Below the pieces are notes generated by a model. That model had not been told where the DNA came from and ran no database searches. It worked only from the letters and a program-made list of their open reading frames with translations. Both the position numbers and the translations under genes were made by a program. This document shows, in pieces, positions 7,366-16,293 of a stretch of 18,390 bases of DNA; within the stretch, counting starts at the first letter, position 1; each line of letters begins with the position of its first letter. The stretch is from a virus, in the UHGV virus genome UHGV-1669119; one strand, written 5' to 3'.

Positions 7366-7560
7366 GTGAAAACGTATAAACCGCTCAAAGGTGAATGCCC
7401 TGCTTGCCAAACACAGCTTCTGACACCAAAGCCAAAACGATACCAAATCAACGAATGTTATGAGCACTGCCCTGGATGTGGTGCTTTCCTGCATACCATT
7501 GCAACGCACTGGCGTGTCCGCTTCAACCTTGTGGTACCACGTACGCACAATACCAACTGA
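7366..7560 (+). CDS. Small zinc-ribbon protein (64 aa), first gene of the early-left operon
   Basis: GTG start with GAGGAA 7 nt upstream; two CxxC pairs (CPAC ... CPGC); basic C-terminus. Followed immediately by a strong terminator. Confidence 0.5.
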   Translation: MKTYKPLKGECPACQTQLLTPKPKRYQINECYEHCPGCGAFLHTIATHWRVRFNLVVPRTHNTN

Positions 7561-7591
7561 ATCATCCATGTAATTGCTGTGTGTAGTCTTT

Positions 7592-7617
7592 GCCCGCCTC
7601 ACGTGACGGGCTTTTTT
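7592..7617 (+). terminator. Rho-independent terminator (plus strand) after the zinc-ribbon gene
   Basis: GCCCG-cctcacgtga-CGGGC followed by TTTTTTAT (7612-7619). Confidence 0.6.
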
Positions 7618-7676
7618 ATGTCTGAAAGCGCACTCGCAACAGCGTGCTCCCCGATATGAAAAAAGGAATACAACCG

Positions 7677-7826
7677 ATGAAACCTGAACACATCCATCGA
7701 CTGACGGGGCGCGATGTTCTCCGTTATCGCCGTAAAAACTTCGATTTGATGACCGGTCTGGCCGTTGCCACTGCGCTCGGTCTGATCATCACTTTCATTC
7801 TCCTTGTAGCGAGGACCACAGTATGA
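7677..7826 (+). CDS. Small membrane protein (49 aa, single C-terminal transmembrane helix)
   Basis: Track ORF 7644..7826 starts at a GTG; ATG 7677 has AAGGAA 8 nt upstream. Hydrophobic stretch LMTGLAVATALGLIITFILLV. Stop overlaps the start of the next gene (ATGA). Confidence 0.45.
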   Translation: MKPEHIHRLTGRDVLRYRRKNFDLMTGLAVATALGLIITFILLVARTTV

Positions 7827-8725
7827 GTTTAGAAACCAGTCTAGAACTTAATAATCAACTTCTGGCACAACATAATGCGCTGCTTGAACGTCTTATCCGC
7901 ACAATGGCATCAGGCATTGTTATGCATCCTGACACGATTTCACGAGTGCAGGAATGTCGGGATACAGCAACTGAAACTGAAAATATGTCAGCGGCAATGA
8001 CACTGGATGATCTGGAGTTCAGCGACGTTATCGCACTGGCTGGTTTCTACCCGGTAGCCACCCCTATCACAGAAGACATGCTGCAACGTGCTGTTGCCTA
8101 CCGTGATGCTGAAGGCGATAAACGAGTTGTTCAGATTGATGCTCTCGACAGCGCATTGCAGGGCGTCAAACGAGCCAGGGCGCTGCTTAAACCTGCTCTC
8201 CTGGACCTGTCCCGTAACATCCTTAAGTTCTGGGACGACCTGCCAACCATCGGCGAGCGACGTGCTTTTGCCGAGCAGCTACTTGATGCACCTGCAGATG
8301 GGCGTGATGAAGTTAAGCCGAAAAAGGCCAGTAACAAAGATGGAGAACGCACGGGGCCGTTTTACGTCAAAAATGTATCCGGCACAGCAGCCAGTGAACT
8401 CCATACCTTACGCAAGTTGAACGAGATGCTTAAAAAAGGCCATATCGAGATCAACCGTGTTGAGTACCTTCAGCTGCAGGAAGAATTTGCACGCAGAGAC
8501 GCAGCAAATTCCAGCCAGAATAATGACGCCAAAGATGACCATACAATTGATTTCGCGGCACTACGCAAACAAGCTGAAGGGTTGATCCTCCAGTTAGCAA
8601 AAGGGGGTTACCGGGCAGAAGCTATTGCAATTCTGGAAAAACAGGGAGCCAGGAAACTTGGTGAAGTAACGGATGAAAATCTCGCTGAAGTAATCACCCT
8701 GGCTGAAAAAGCACTGGAGGGTTAA
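7823..8725 (+). CDS. Hypothetical protein (300 aa), acidic and predicted largely helical
   Basis: Long ORF translationally coupled to the upstream small membrane protein and ending 2 nt before the DUF2800 gene. No catalytic motif recognised. Confidence 0.55.
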   Translation: MSLETSLELNNQLLAQHNALLERLIRTMASGIVMHPDTISRVQECRDTATETENMSAAMTLDDLEFSDVIALAGFYPVATPITEDMLQRAVAYRDAEGDKRVVQIDALDSALQGVKRARALLKPALLDLSRNILKFWDDLPTIGERRAFAEQLLDAPADGRDEVKPKKASNKDGERTGPFYVKNVSGTAASELHTLRKLNEMLKKGHIEINRVEYLQLQEEFARRDAANSSQNNDAKDDHTIDFAALRKQAEGLILQLAKGGYRAEAIAILEKQGARKLGEVTDENLAEVITLAEKALEG

Positions 8726-8727
8726 TC

Positions 8728-10029
8728 ATGCCAGACGTTCATGCACAACTTTCTCCATCATCAGCGCATCGATGGATGCGCTGCCCAGGAAGTCTGGCGC
8801 TGGAGGCCACACAACCGGATAAAGAAACAACTTTTGCAATCGAGGGCACTGCAGCGCATGCACTTGCCGAAAAGGTGCTGCGCAACCGCCAGAGCCACCC
8901 GGAGCACTATGCAGGTTGCAACGTCGCGATGTTCCTTGGATCCTATCCTCTTGCTGAGCACCCGGATGATACTTCCGGCCCGCAGGTAGATGAGGAAATG
9001 GTCGAAGCCGTTGGTCGTTACGTCGACACTGTTTGGGCGCTGGCGCAGGGCAATGAGCTGCTGGTCGAGCAGCGTGTCGACTTCTCCCATATAACGGGTG
9101 TGGAAGAATCTTTCGGAACTGCCGACAGCATAATCATTGCTGGTAGCGAATTACAAATCCACGACCTGAAATATGGCAAAGGCGTCCGCATTGATGCAGA
9201 ACAAAATGAGCAACTACAACTGTATGCTCTGGGTGCGCTCGAACAATTCAGCATGCTGTATGACTTTGAGACTGTAAGATTATTTATTCACCAGCCGCGG
9301 CTTAACCACGTTTCAGAGTGGGCTCTGACGGTGGAAGAGCTCCAGGCGTTCGGTGAACGGGCACAGGAGGCCGCAACCAGTGCGATCCTTGTTCTCAATA
9401 TTGCTGAATGCGAAGGCATTGAGACACTACCGCTGGAAAACTTCATACCTGGAGAAAAACAGTGCCGCTTCTGTAAAGCAAAAGCTATTTGCACTGCCCA
9501 GAAAATGCAGCATTTACAAACAGCGGCCAGCGACTTTGAAGATCTGACAAAGCCTGTCAGCGAAATAATCACCAATGCCAGCGCACGTGTACCTCTGTTA
9601 ACCATTGAGCAGCTTGCGGAGATCTATAGCCAGACCGACTTTATTGAGTCCTGGCTAAAGGCAGTACGGGACCGGGTTCACAATGAACTCAATGCCGGAC
9701 ATCCGGTACCGGGGTTTAAACTGGTAACAGGAAAACAAGGTAACCGGGCCTGGAGTGATGAAGAGGCAGCTCGCGCACTTCTGAAGGACCAGTTCAGGTA
9801 CAAAACTGAAGAAGTATTCGACTTTAAACTTATTAGTCCCACAAAAGCCGAAAAACTTATCAAAAAGGCCAGTCCGCGCCGTTGGTCAAAAGTCGAGGCA
9901 CTGATAACACGAGCTGATGGTAAACCCACCGTCGTTCCCGAGTCAGACCCACGCCCCGCACTCAATATCAACCCTGTAAATGATTTCGACGACGTATCCG
10001 ACGATACGCTAACCGCAGACCTCATCTGA
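8728..10029 (+). CDS. DUF2800-family PD-(D/E)XK nuclease (Cas4/RecB-like exonuclease fold)
   Basis: N-terminal [15 protein letters not shown] signature, D...K core (IHDLKYGKG) and C-terminal cysteine cluster ([10 protein letters not shown]). GGAGGG Shine-Dalgarno. Confidence 0.7.
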   Translation: MPDVHAQLSPSSAHRWMRCPGSLALEATQPDKETTFAIEGTAAHALAEKVLRNRQSHPEHYAGCNVAMFLGSYPLAEHPDDTSGPQVDEEMVEAVGRYVDTVWALAQGNELLVEQRVDFSHITGVEESFGTADSIIIAGSELQIHDLKYGKGVRIDAEQNEQLQLYALGALEQFSMLYDFETVRLFIHQPRLNHVSEWALTVEELQAFGERAQEAATSAILVLNIAECEGIETLPLENFIPGEKQCRFCKAKAICTAQKMQHLQTAASDFEDLTKPVSEIITNASARVPLLTIEQLAEIYSQTDFIESWLKAVRDRVHNELNAGHPVPGFKLVTGKQGNRAWSDEEAARALLKDQFRYKTEEVFDFKLISPTKAEKLIKKASPRRWSKVEALITRADGKPTVVPESDPRPALNINPVNDFDDVSDDTLTADLI

Positions 10030-10044
10030 TTTAAGGAAATCCCC

Positions 10045-10593
10045 ATGAAACTGAAGCTGAACAATGTTCGTCTGGCCTTCCCGTCTCTGTTTGAAGCTAA
10101 AACTGTAAACGGCGAAGGCGATCCGCGTTTCTCCGCAGTATTTTTAATGTCTCCCAAACACCCACAACTGGAAGAAATCCGTAAAGCTATGAAGCAGGTA
10201 GCGAAGGAAAAATGGGGGGAGAAGTGGGAGTCCATTTATAACCAGCTGGAGAAAAAACTCAATCTGTGCCTGCATGATGGTGATGAAAAAGCAGAGTATG
10301 AAGGCTTTCCCGGCAATTTCTTCCTGAACGCTGCTAACAAAGCGCGCCCAGCTGTTCTTGATCGCGATCGTTCGCCACTAATTCAGGCTGATGGACGTCC
10401 CTATGCAGGGTGCTATGTAAACGCCGTTATCGATATCTGGGCACAGGACAATAATTTCGGTAAACGCATTAATGCCTCACTCGGCGGAGTCCAGTTCCTG
10501 CGAGACGGCGATGCATTCGCTGGCGGCGGAGTGGCAAGCGCTGACGATTTCGACGATATCAGCGAAGGTGCTGATGCTGAAGCACTAATTTAA
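10045..10593 (+). CDS. DUF2815-family protein (ssDNA-binding-like partner of DUF2800 and phage DNA polymerase)
   Basis: MKLKLNNVRLAFPSLFEAK... N-terminus characteristic of DUF2815; acidic C-terminal tail (DDFDDISEGADAEALI); conserved position between DUF2800 and polA. Confidence 0.65.
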   Translation: MKLKLNNVRLAFPSLFEAKTVNGEGDPRFSAVFLMSPKHPQLEEIRKAMKQVAKEKWGEKWESIYNQLEKKLNLCLHDGDEKAEYEGFPGNFFLNAANKARPAVLDRDRSPLIQADGRPYAGCYVNAVIDIWAQDNNFGKRINASLGGVQFLRDGDAFAGGGVASADDFDDISEGADAEALI

Positions 10594-10644
10594 AAATATT
10601 CATCCCCCAGCTGCGTGCTGGGGGATCTCATGAGGGAAAGAATA

Positions 10645-11283
10645 ATGTCACAGCCCGTATTAACTAATTACCTTAAAACTCAAATCATCAATAACGCACT
10701 TGAGAAAGCGGGTATCCCCAAACGTAAATCAGCACTACGAGCTGCTCGTGTTGAATGGGCCGAACGTGTTCGGCTTGCAGCTATCGGGGGCGTAGAGAAA
10801 GAAGCTGAAATATTAAAAAATATAAAAAAAATAGAAACACTGGTATCAAAATTCCCCGAAGCATTAAAAACCGCCAATAACATTATCAGGGAAGAGTGTT
10901 ACATGTGTCTGAATCTGGCAGGTTCTCGGGTTACCGTCTATTTCAACGGTAACTACCGAGGATATGAATCAGGGTCACCAGACCATATTCACAAAATCGC
11001 GCCGGGGGAATTTACCCTTCTGGCAAATGACCCTCTAGTTACAGAGTTTTACGGGTTTGATACACTTTATGAGCAGATACAGAGCGATGAGTCAGACATT
11101 CGACAGAATGTCAGCGCTGCACTCAGTAAAGTGCGCACAGTTAAGCGCCTGCTGGAAGAGTGGCCTGAAGCTAAAGAACTTCTGCCAGCCGATGCACCAT
11201 CTGCTCCGCTTCCGCCAGCTATACGACGCGAAACTCTCAACGAAATGATCGGCCTCCCTTCTGACGAAGGGGTAGATGCTTAA
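10645..11283 (+). CDS. Hypothetical protein (212 aa) in a low-GC island
   Basis: Track ORF 10615..11283; ATG 10645 has AGGGAA 6 nt upstream. AT-rich codon usage relative to the flanking replication genes. No recognisable motif. Confidence 0.5.
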   Translation: MSQPVLTNYLKTQIINNALEKAGIPKRKSALRAARVEWAERVRLAAIGGVEKEAEILKNIKKIETLVSKFPEALKTANNIIREECYMCLNLAGSRVTVYFNGNYRGYESGSPDHIHKIAPGEFTLLANDPLVTEFYGFDTLYEQIQSDESDIRQNVSAALSKVRTVKRLLEEWPEAKELLPADAPSAPLPPAIRRETLNEMIGLPSDEGVDA

Positions 11284-11350
11284 TATTTCTTATAACAAAG
11301 GCTGGCTTAAGAAAATAGTTATCCAAACCAGCCTACCGCAATACTAAAAA

Positions 11351-11620
11351 TTAAAATTCATTGAATTTAAAAAGACATTTCCCTATTGGATTGCCATAGT
11401 CTCTACATACCGAAATGCTGTCCCATACAGGCTGAGCCAAACACCCAAGAAAGAACCCAATAAGCGCAAAAATTATAATTTTGGGAAGAACACGATCCTT
11501 AGGACCTTCTTCACGTTCGAGCCATGCGCCACCAGCCCGAACTATTCTCCCTAAAATATAAAGAATGGGGAAAGCAATAATACCTATCAATGAAAGTATT
11601 CCGATACCAAAGCTAAACAC
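11351..11620 (-). CDS. Small membrane protein (89 aa, two predicted transmembrane helices), antisense to the surrounding operon
   Basis: GTG start 11618-11620 preceded by AAGGAG at 6-nt spacing; hydrophobic segments FGIGILSLIGIIAFPILYILG and IIIFALIGFFLGCLA; low GC; convergent with the 212-aa ORF and divergent from polA. Confidence 0.55.
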   Translation of the reverse strand: MFSFGIGILSLIGIIAFPILYILGRIVRAGGAWLEREEGPKDRVLPKIIIFALIGFFLGCLAQPVWDSISVCRDYGNPIGKCLFKFNEF

Positions 11621-11676
11621 CGCCGTCTCCTTGTTTATTTACACCTACATAACCATATATCACACAAGGTTATTTT

Positions 11677-13740
11677 ATGTCCAATATACTATGGGGTGAC
11701 CTAGAAACCTATTGCGAAATCCCTATTACGAACGGTACCCATGCGTATGCCGAAGGCGTTGAAGTGATGCTGTTCGCATGGGCTATCAACGACGAGCCCG
11801 TAAACGTGTGGGATATCACTGCCGGTGGTGGTATTCCACACGGCTTATACGAAGCAATCGCAGCCCCTGAAACCCTGCTTTATTTTCATAACTCTCACTT
11901 CGACCGCACCGTCCTGCGTTATGCAATGCCGCGCCTGGCACCGCCAGTCGAACGTTGGCGCGACACAATGGTGCAGGCGCTGGCGCACGGTCTCCCGGGG
12001 TCTCTGGGGGAACTCTGCGAAGTACTAGGCGTCCCGCAAGACAAAGCGAAGGACAAAGAAGGTAAAGCGCTGATCCAGCTGTTCTGTAAGCCACGCCCGA
12101 AAAACAGCAAACTGCGCCGGGCCACCAGCAAAACCCACCCGGAAGAATGGCGGCGCTTTGTTGCTTACGCCGGACTGGATATCGAGGCAATGCGCGAAGT
12201 CTATAAACGTCTGCCGAAGTGGAATTATCAGGGGACAGAACTGGCGCTCTGGCATCGTGATCAGCAGATCAACGACCGGGGCGTCTGCATGGACATTCAA
12301 CTCGCGCGCGCTGCGATCGAAGCGGTAGACCAGGAGCAAAAGCGCCTGGCAAAGCGTACACAGGAAATGACTGATGGCGAAGTGCAGGCAGCAACACAAC
12401 GGGACGCGTTGATTAAGCACATCGTTGAATCCTACGGTGTGGAGCTACCAGACATGCAACGCAGTACTCTGGAACGTCGTATAGCCGACCCCGATTTACC
12501 ATCTGCCGTGAAAGAACTGCTGGCTATCCGCCTGCAGGCCAGTACTACCAGCACCAGTAAATACAAGGCACTGATGAAAGGCGTAAGCCACGACGGGCGC
12601 TTACGCGGTACGCTACAGTTCTGCGGGGCGTCACGTACCGGTCGTTGGGCCGGACGGCTATTCCAGCCCCAGAACCTTCCCCGCCCTTCACTAAAACAGG
12701 AACAAATAGACGAAGGCATCGAAGCACTGAAAGCCGGATGTGCAGACCTGCTGTTTGACAATATCATGGAACTAACCAGTTCAGCGTTACGTGGCTGCAT
12801 TATCGCGCCAACAGGCAAAAAACTGGTGGTAAGTGACTTGTCGAACATTGAAGGCCGTATGCTGGCATGGCTGGCGGGAGAAGAATGGAAACTGAATGCA
12901 TTCAGAGAGTACGACGCCGGAACGGGTCCGGACTTATATAAACTGGCGTATGCAAAAGCTTTCGATATTGCACCAGATGATGTTGATAAACACATGCGTC
13001 AGATCGGTAAAGTCATGGAACTCGGTCTGGGTTATGGAGGTGGTGTATCGGCTTTCATCACTTTTGCTCTGGTTTACGGTCTCGATCTCGACGAGCTGGC
13101 GAACGCCGCACTGCCAAACATTCCCCGCGATGTTATCCGCGAGGCGAAAAGCTGGTACAACGAATCGGTTAAACGTAAGTCGACCTTTGGCCTGTCCGAG
13201 CGTGTATTCATCGCATGTGACTCGCTCAAGCGCCTGTGGCGCAGGGCGCACCCGGCGACCTGCGATTTCTGGTACGAACTGGAGCGCACCGTCCGCACTG
13301 CAATCGCCACACCGCAAAAAACATTGTATTGCGGTTATCTTAAAATCCGCCGCGATGGCGCGTGGCTGCGCATACAGCTACCATCCGGACGCGCTGTATG
13401 CTACCCCTCTCCGGTTATCGAAAAAGGGAATATCACCTATATGGGTGTTAACTCTTATTCGCGTAAATGGCAACGACTCAAAACCTACGGCGGAAAGCTG
13501 GTAGAGAACGTCACCCAGGCGGCCGCCCGCGACGTTCTGGCCGGAAACATGCCGCTTATCGAAGATGCCGGTTACAGCATTGTGCTGACGGTACACGACG
13601 AGGTGATCACCGAAGCACCTGACACAGAAGATTTCAACGATAAAGCGCTTTCCGCGCTTCTCTCCACTAACCCCGAATGGGCGCCCGATATCCCACTGAA
13701 CGCTGGCGGTTTTGAGGCGTACCACTACCGTAAGGATTAA
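11677..13740 (+). CDS. DNA polymerase, family A (phage-type, with N-terminal 3'-5' exonuclease-like region)
   Basis: 687 aa; Pol A palm motifs including ...[11 protein letters not shown]... (motif A-like D...E), ...[16 protein letters not shown]... (motif B-like K...YG) and ...[11 protein letters not shown]... (motif C HDE). Confidence 0.85.
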   Translation: MSNILWGDLETYCEIPITNGTHAYAEGVEVMLFAWAINDEPVNVWDITAGGGIPHGLYEAIAAPETLLYFHNSHFDRTVLRYAMPRLAPPVERWRDTMVQALAHGLPGSLGELCEVLGVPQDKAKDKEGKALIQLFCKPRPKNSKLRRATSKTHPEEWRRFVAYAGLDIEAMREVYKRLPKWNYQGTELALWHRDQQINDRGVCMDIQLARAAIEAVDQEQKRLAKRTQEMTDGEVQAATQRDALIKHIVESYGVELPDMQRSTLERRIADPDLPSAVKELLAIRLQASTTSTSKYKALMKGVSHDGRLRGTLQFCGASRTGRWAGRLFQPQNLPRPSLKQEQIDEGIEALKAGCADLLFDNIMELTSSALRGCIIAPTGKKLVVSDLSNIEGRMLAWLAGEEWKLNAFREYDAGTGPDLYKLAYAKAFDIAPDDVDKHMRQIGKVMELGLGYGGGVSAFITFALVYGLDLDELANAALPNIPRDVIREAKSWYNESVKRKSTFGLSERVFIACDSLKRLWRRAHPATCDFWYELERTVRTAIATPQKTLYCGYLKIRRDGAWLRIQLPSGRAVCYPSPVIEKGNITYMGVNSYSRKWQRLKTYGGKLVENVTQAAARDVLAGNMPLIEDAGYSIVLTVHDEVITEAPDTEDFNDKALSALLSTNPEWAPDIPLNAGGFEAYHYRKD

Positions 13741-13745
13741 TCGCT

Positions 13746-13949
13746 ATGACTGTAATCAAAACGCATACCGGAACGGTTATTACCCGCACCGGTGAAAAGC
13801 AGGTGCAATTGCATCAAAACGCGACAACGTGGGTGGCTGGCCCAAAAGAGTATTACTACAAAGACACTGGCCGCCGCGGTGGTGCTGTCGGTGTCCGCAC
13901 TCGTCTGGTGCTGAGCAGCATCCGCCCAATCGAAGCAAAGCAGGAGTAA
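13746..13949 (+). CDS. Hypothetical small protein (67 aa)
   Basis: ATG 6 nt after the polA stop, AAGGA upstream; no motifs recognised. Confidence 0.4.
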   Translation: MTVIKTHTGTVITRTGEKQVQLHQNATTWVAGPKEYYYKDTGRRGGAVGVRTRLVLSSIRPIEAKQE

Positions 13950-13954
13950 CCCCT

Positions 13955-14176
13955 ATGTCATTTAAATATCGGGACAGTCCGCTTTATTACCGGGCTGCGA
14001 GGGAGGCCTTGCGCCTTGAGCAGTCCGGCGAATATGACCGGGCAGCGAAGGTCTGGGCCAAGGCTAACCGCCAGTCACGTAACGAACTGAATCAGGACTG
14101 GAGCGAACGCCGGTCTGATTTTTGTCTGATGCAGAACATGCGCGAAAAGCGTAAGGCGGTGAGCGATGACTTGTGA
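13955..14176 (+). CDS. ANR-family-like small regulator (73 aa)
   Basis: Track ORF 13829..14176; ATG 13955 with GGAG 8 nt upstream. MSFKYRDSPLYYRAAREALRLEQSGEYDRAAKVWAKANRQSRNELNQDWSERRSDFC fits the ANR pattern as I recall it (Y..AA..A..E..G.Y..A..W..A ... W ... C). Confidence 0.5.
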   Translation: MSFKYRDSPLYYRAAREALRLEQSGEYDRAAKVWAKANRQSRNELNQDWSERRSDFCLMQNMREKRKAVSDDL

Positions 14177-14648
14177 GCAGACCATTCTTGACATGTGCTG
14201 CGGCTCTCGTATGTTTTGGTTCGACAAGGAGGACAAGCGCGCCGTGTTCAGTGATATCCGCGCCGAGCAGCATGAGCTTTGCGACGGTCGCCAGTTGGTT
14301 ATAAGTCCGGACCTTATAGCTGATTTCCGCGCCCTTCCCTTTGCCGATAACACTTTCCCTGTCGTCGTTTTCGATCCGCCGCACCTCGAGCGCGTCGGCG
14401 ATAACGCATGGATGAGGAAAAAGTACGGGCGGCTCAACAAAGAAACATGGCGCGATGATCTTCGCGACGGCTTCGCCGAAGCATTCAGGGTATTGCGGCC
14501 CCACGGTGTACTCATATTCAAATGGAACGAAACGCAGATCCCGGTAAGCAATATCTTGGCGCTGACCGACGAGAAGCCGGCCATATGGCAACGAACCGGA
14601 AAAGCCGACAAAACCCACTGGGTTATTTTCGTCAAAGGTGTGGAATGA
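14166..14648 (+). CDS. Small SAM-dependent DNA methyltransferase (N6-adenine / N4-cytosine class, DPPH motif)
   Basis: Motif I-like LDMCCGS and motif IV VVVFDPPH; 160 aa; start overlaps the ANR-like stop (ATGACTTGTGA) and stop overlaps the VRR-NUC start. Confidence 0.6.
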   Translation: MTCEQTILDMCCGSRMFWFDKEDKRAVFSDIRAEQHELCDGRQLVISPDLIADFRALPFADNTFPVVVFDPPHLERVGDNAWMRKKYGRLNKETWRDDLRDGFAEAFRVLRPHGVLIFKWNETQIPVSNILALTDEKPAIWQRTGKADKTHWVIFVKGVE

Positions 14649-14941
14649 TGGCCTACGAACGTGAAAGCCTTATCGAAAAGCACCTCGTCGCCGAAGTGAA
14701 AAAGGCTGGCGGGGTCGCCTTTAAGTTCGTGTCACCCGGTCGCCGCTCGGTACCGGATCGCATTGTCCTGCTACCCGGCGGTCGCATCGTCTTTGTCGAA
14801 TGCAAAGCGCCAAGCAAACCACCACGGCCTGACCAGTTACGCGAGCACGAACGGCTGCGCGCGTTGGGCTTTACCGTGGTGGTATTAGATAGCAAAAATC
14901 TGGAGGGGATATTGTGCGGGGAGCCTATTACAACGAAATAG
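14645..14941 (+). CDS. VRR-NUC domain nuclease
   Basis: Track ORF 14522..14941; probable start ATG 14645 (MMAYERESLIEKHLVAEVKKAGG...). PD-(D/E)XK core PDRIVLL...IVFVECKAP typical of VRR-NUC. Confidence 0.65.
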   Translation: MMAYERESLIEKHLVAEVKKAGGVAFKFVSPGRRSVPDRIVLLPGGRIVFVECKAPSKPPRPDQLREHERLRALGFTVVVLDSKNLEGILCGEPITTK

Positions 14942-15942
14942 ACCCTAACGCAGCACAATGGCTGCGTAACCTTATTGCTGCAGGTCATATCGCCCCGGGT
15001 GAAGTTGATGAAAGGAGTATCGAAGATGTCGCACCAGACGACTTGCGCGGATTCACACAGTGCCATTTCTTCGCCGGGATCGGCGTCTGGTCTTATGCTC
15101 TGCGTCTGGCCGGATGGCCGGATAACAAACCGGTCTGGACAGGAAGTTGCCCGTGCCAGCCTTTCAGCTCGGCTGGTAAAGGCGCTGGGTTTGATGACGA
15201 GCGGCACCTATGGCCAGCACTATTCCACCTCATCAGCGAGCGACGCCCTAAGCTGGTATTTGGCGAACAGGTTGCGGGAGTCAATGCCTGGTTCGATCTT
15301 GTACAAACTGACGTGGAAGCAGTGGACTACGCCTTTGGGCTTGTCCCGTTTCCGGCTGCGGGCGTCGGTGCCCCGCATATCCGAGATAGAGCGTATTGGG
15401 TGGCCGACGCCAGCGGCGAGCGATCACAGCGGTGGCGAAAGCGCCTCAATAGCATTGAGGAAGATGTCTGGAGATCGTCGACCGTCCGGCAACACGCTAC
15501 ACAGCTCCCTGCGGAATTTTGCTCACCTAGCGGGGTGGTACACCCCAACCTGCAACACAAACCCACAGCCGGAGACAAAACGCGGTCTAGAAACCTTAGC
15601 GGGACTATCCAGATTAGCGGGATGGCCGACAGTGACGACGATCGACAACAACCAAGTTCGTGCCGAGGGCGCAGCGGCCAATCATACCGAACGGGGAACG
15701 ACCCTCGGCGGCGCTGCGAGAATCTGCGGCCCAATACGATTAACGGCTGCTGGGATGGTGCTGACTGGCTCCTCTGCCGGGATGGTCGCTGGCGGCCAGT
15801 TGAATCCGGCACATGCCCGTTGGCTAATGGGATTACCTCCAGAGTGGGACGACTGCGCGCCTACGGCAACGCGATAGTCGCACCAGCTGCCGCAACATTC
15901 ATCCGCTCGTTTATGGAATGCGCAGGATACGACCTTATTTAA
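14914..15942 (+). pseudogene. DNA cytosine-5 methyltransferase whose central segment (about 15396-15860) lies in a different reading frame from its N- and C-terminal motifs
   Basis: Frame 1 (GTG 14914, GGAGG upstream) carries motif I FFAGIG, motif IV PCQPFS, motif VI-like GEQV and motif [11 protein letters not shown], then after about 15860 motif X YGNAIVAP. Motif IX ([16 protein letters not shown]) and the repeated GWPTP-type motifs are in frame 2 (track ORF 14975..15877). Both frames are stop-free, so a 342-aa polypeptide is still encoded. Confidence 0.55.
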
Positions 15943-16259
15943 TGCCACTCACATCTGGCATGATACCGTCCAGAAGGTAATTGCTTATATACAACGGAGC
16001 CGCCCATGGCATAAGTATAAGCATGAAGTTTTGTCCAGAAGTCCCCATAAACTAGTATTGGGGCTAAAAATTTTGGATCGCTAACCATAGATGTAGCAGG
16101 AAGCTCGAAACCTTTAGAAAGAATGTTTACCAGTGAAGGGTAATTTTCAAAATCAGTGCTATTCCCGCCCACCTCTAAAGCATCCAGTTCAAAGTCGAGC
16201 ACTCCACCATTTTTGTAATACTCCGGAACAGTTAACCCTGATGTTAACAAAGTAGCCAT
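15939..16259 (-). CDS. Hypothetical protein (106 aa) in a low-GC island, antisense to the flanking genes
   Basis: ATG 16257-16259 with AGGAGG 8 nt upstream; island 15943-16290 is visibly AT-rich (roughly 40% GC by eye) against GC-richer neighbours; stop overlaps the C5-MTase stop. Confidence 0.5.
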   Translation of the reverse strand: MATLLTSGLTVPEYYKNGGVLDFELDALEVGGNSTDFENYPSLVNILSKGFELPATSMVSDPKFLAPILVYGDFWTKLHAYTYAMGGSVVYKQLPSGRYHARCEWH

Positions 16260-16293
16260 TAAACAATCCTCCTGAATTTTAAAGGGTTACATT

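Noticed and set aside
7115-7602. Minus-strand ORFs of 75-97 aa across the early-left leader
   Set aside because: Antisense to the zinc-ribbon gene and to the leader; no ribosome-binding sites seen; the region is more plausibly regulatory or RNA-structural.
11816-13725. Minus-strand ORFs of 115-187 aa (for example 12432..12995 and 12934..13317) and a 202-aa plus-strand ORF inside polA
   Set aside because: Antisense or alternative-frame ORFs within the 687-aa family A polymerase gene; no motifs, composition typical of spurious ORFs.
14064-15207. Minus-strand ORFs of 184 and 202 aa (14064..14618, 14075..14683, 14653..15207) antisense to the MTase/VRR-NUC/C5-MTase genes
   Set aside because: Overlap motif-bearing sense genes; low-complexity Arg/Ser-rich translations; considered artefacts of GC-rich sequence.
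14975-15390. N-terminal part of the frame-2 ORF 14975..15877 overlapping the C5-MTase catalytic motifs
   Set aside because: In this interval the MTase motifs I-VIII are unambiguously in frame 1; frame 2 only becomes meaningful after about 15396. This part is treated as chance open frame, although its stop-free length is unusual and feeds into the frameshift finding.
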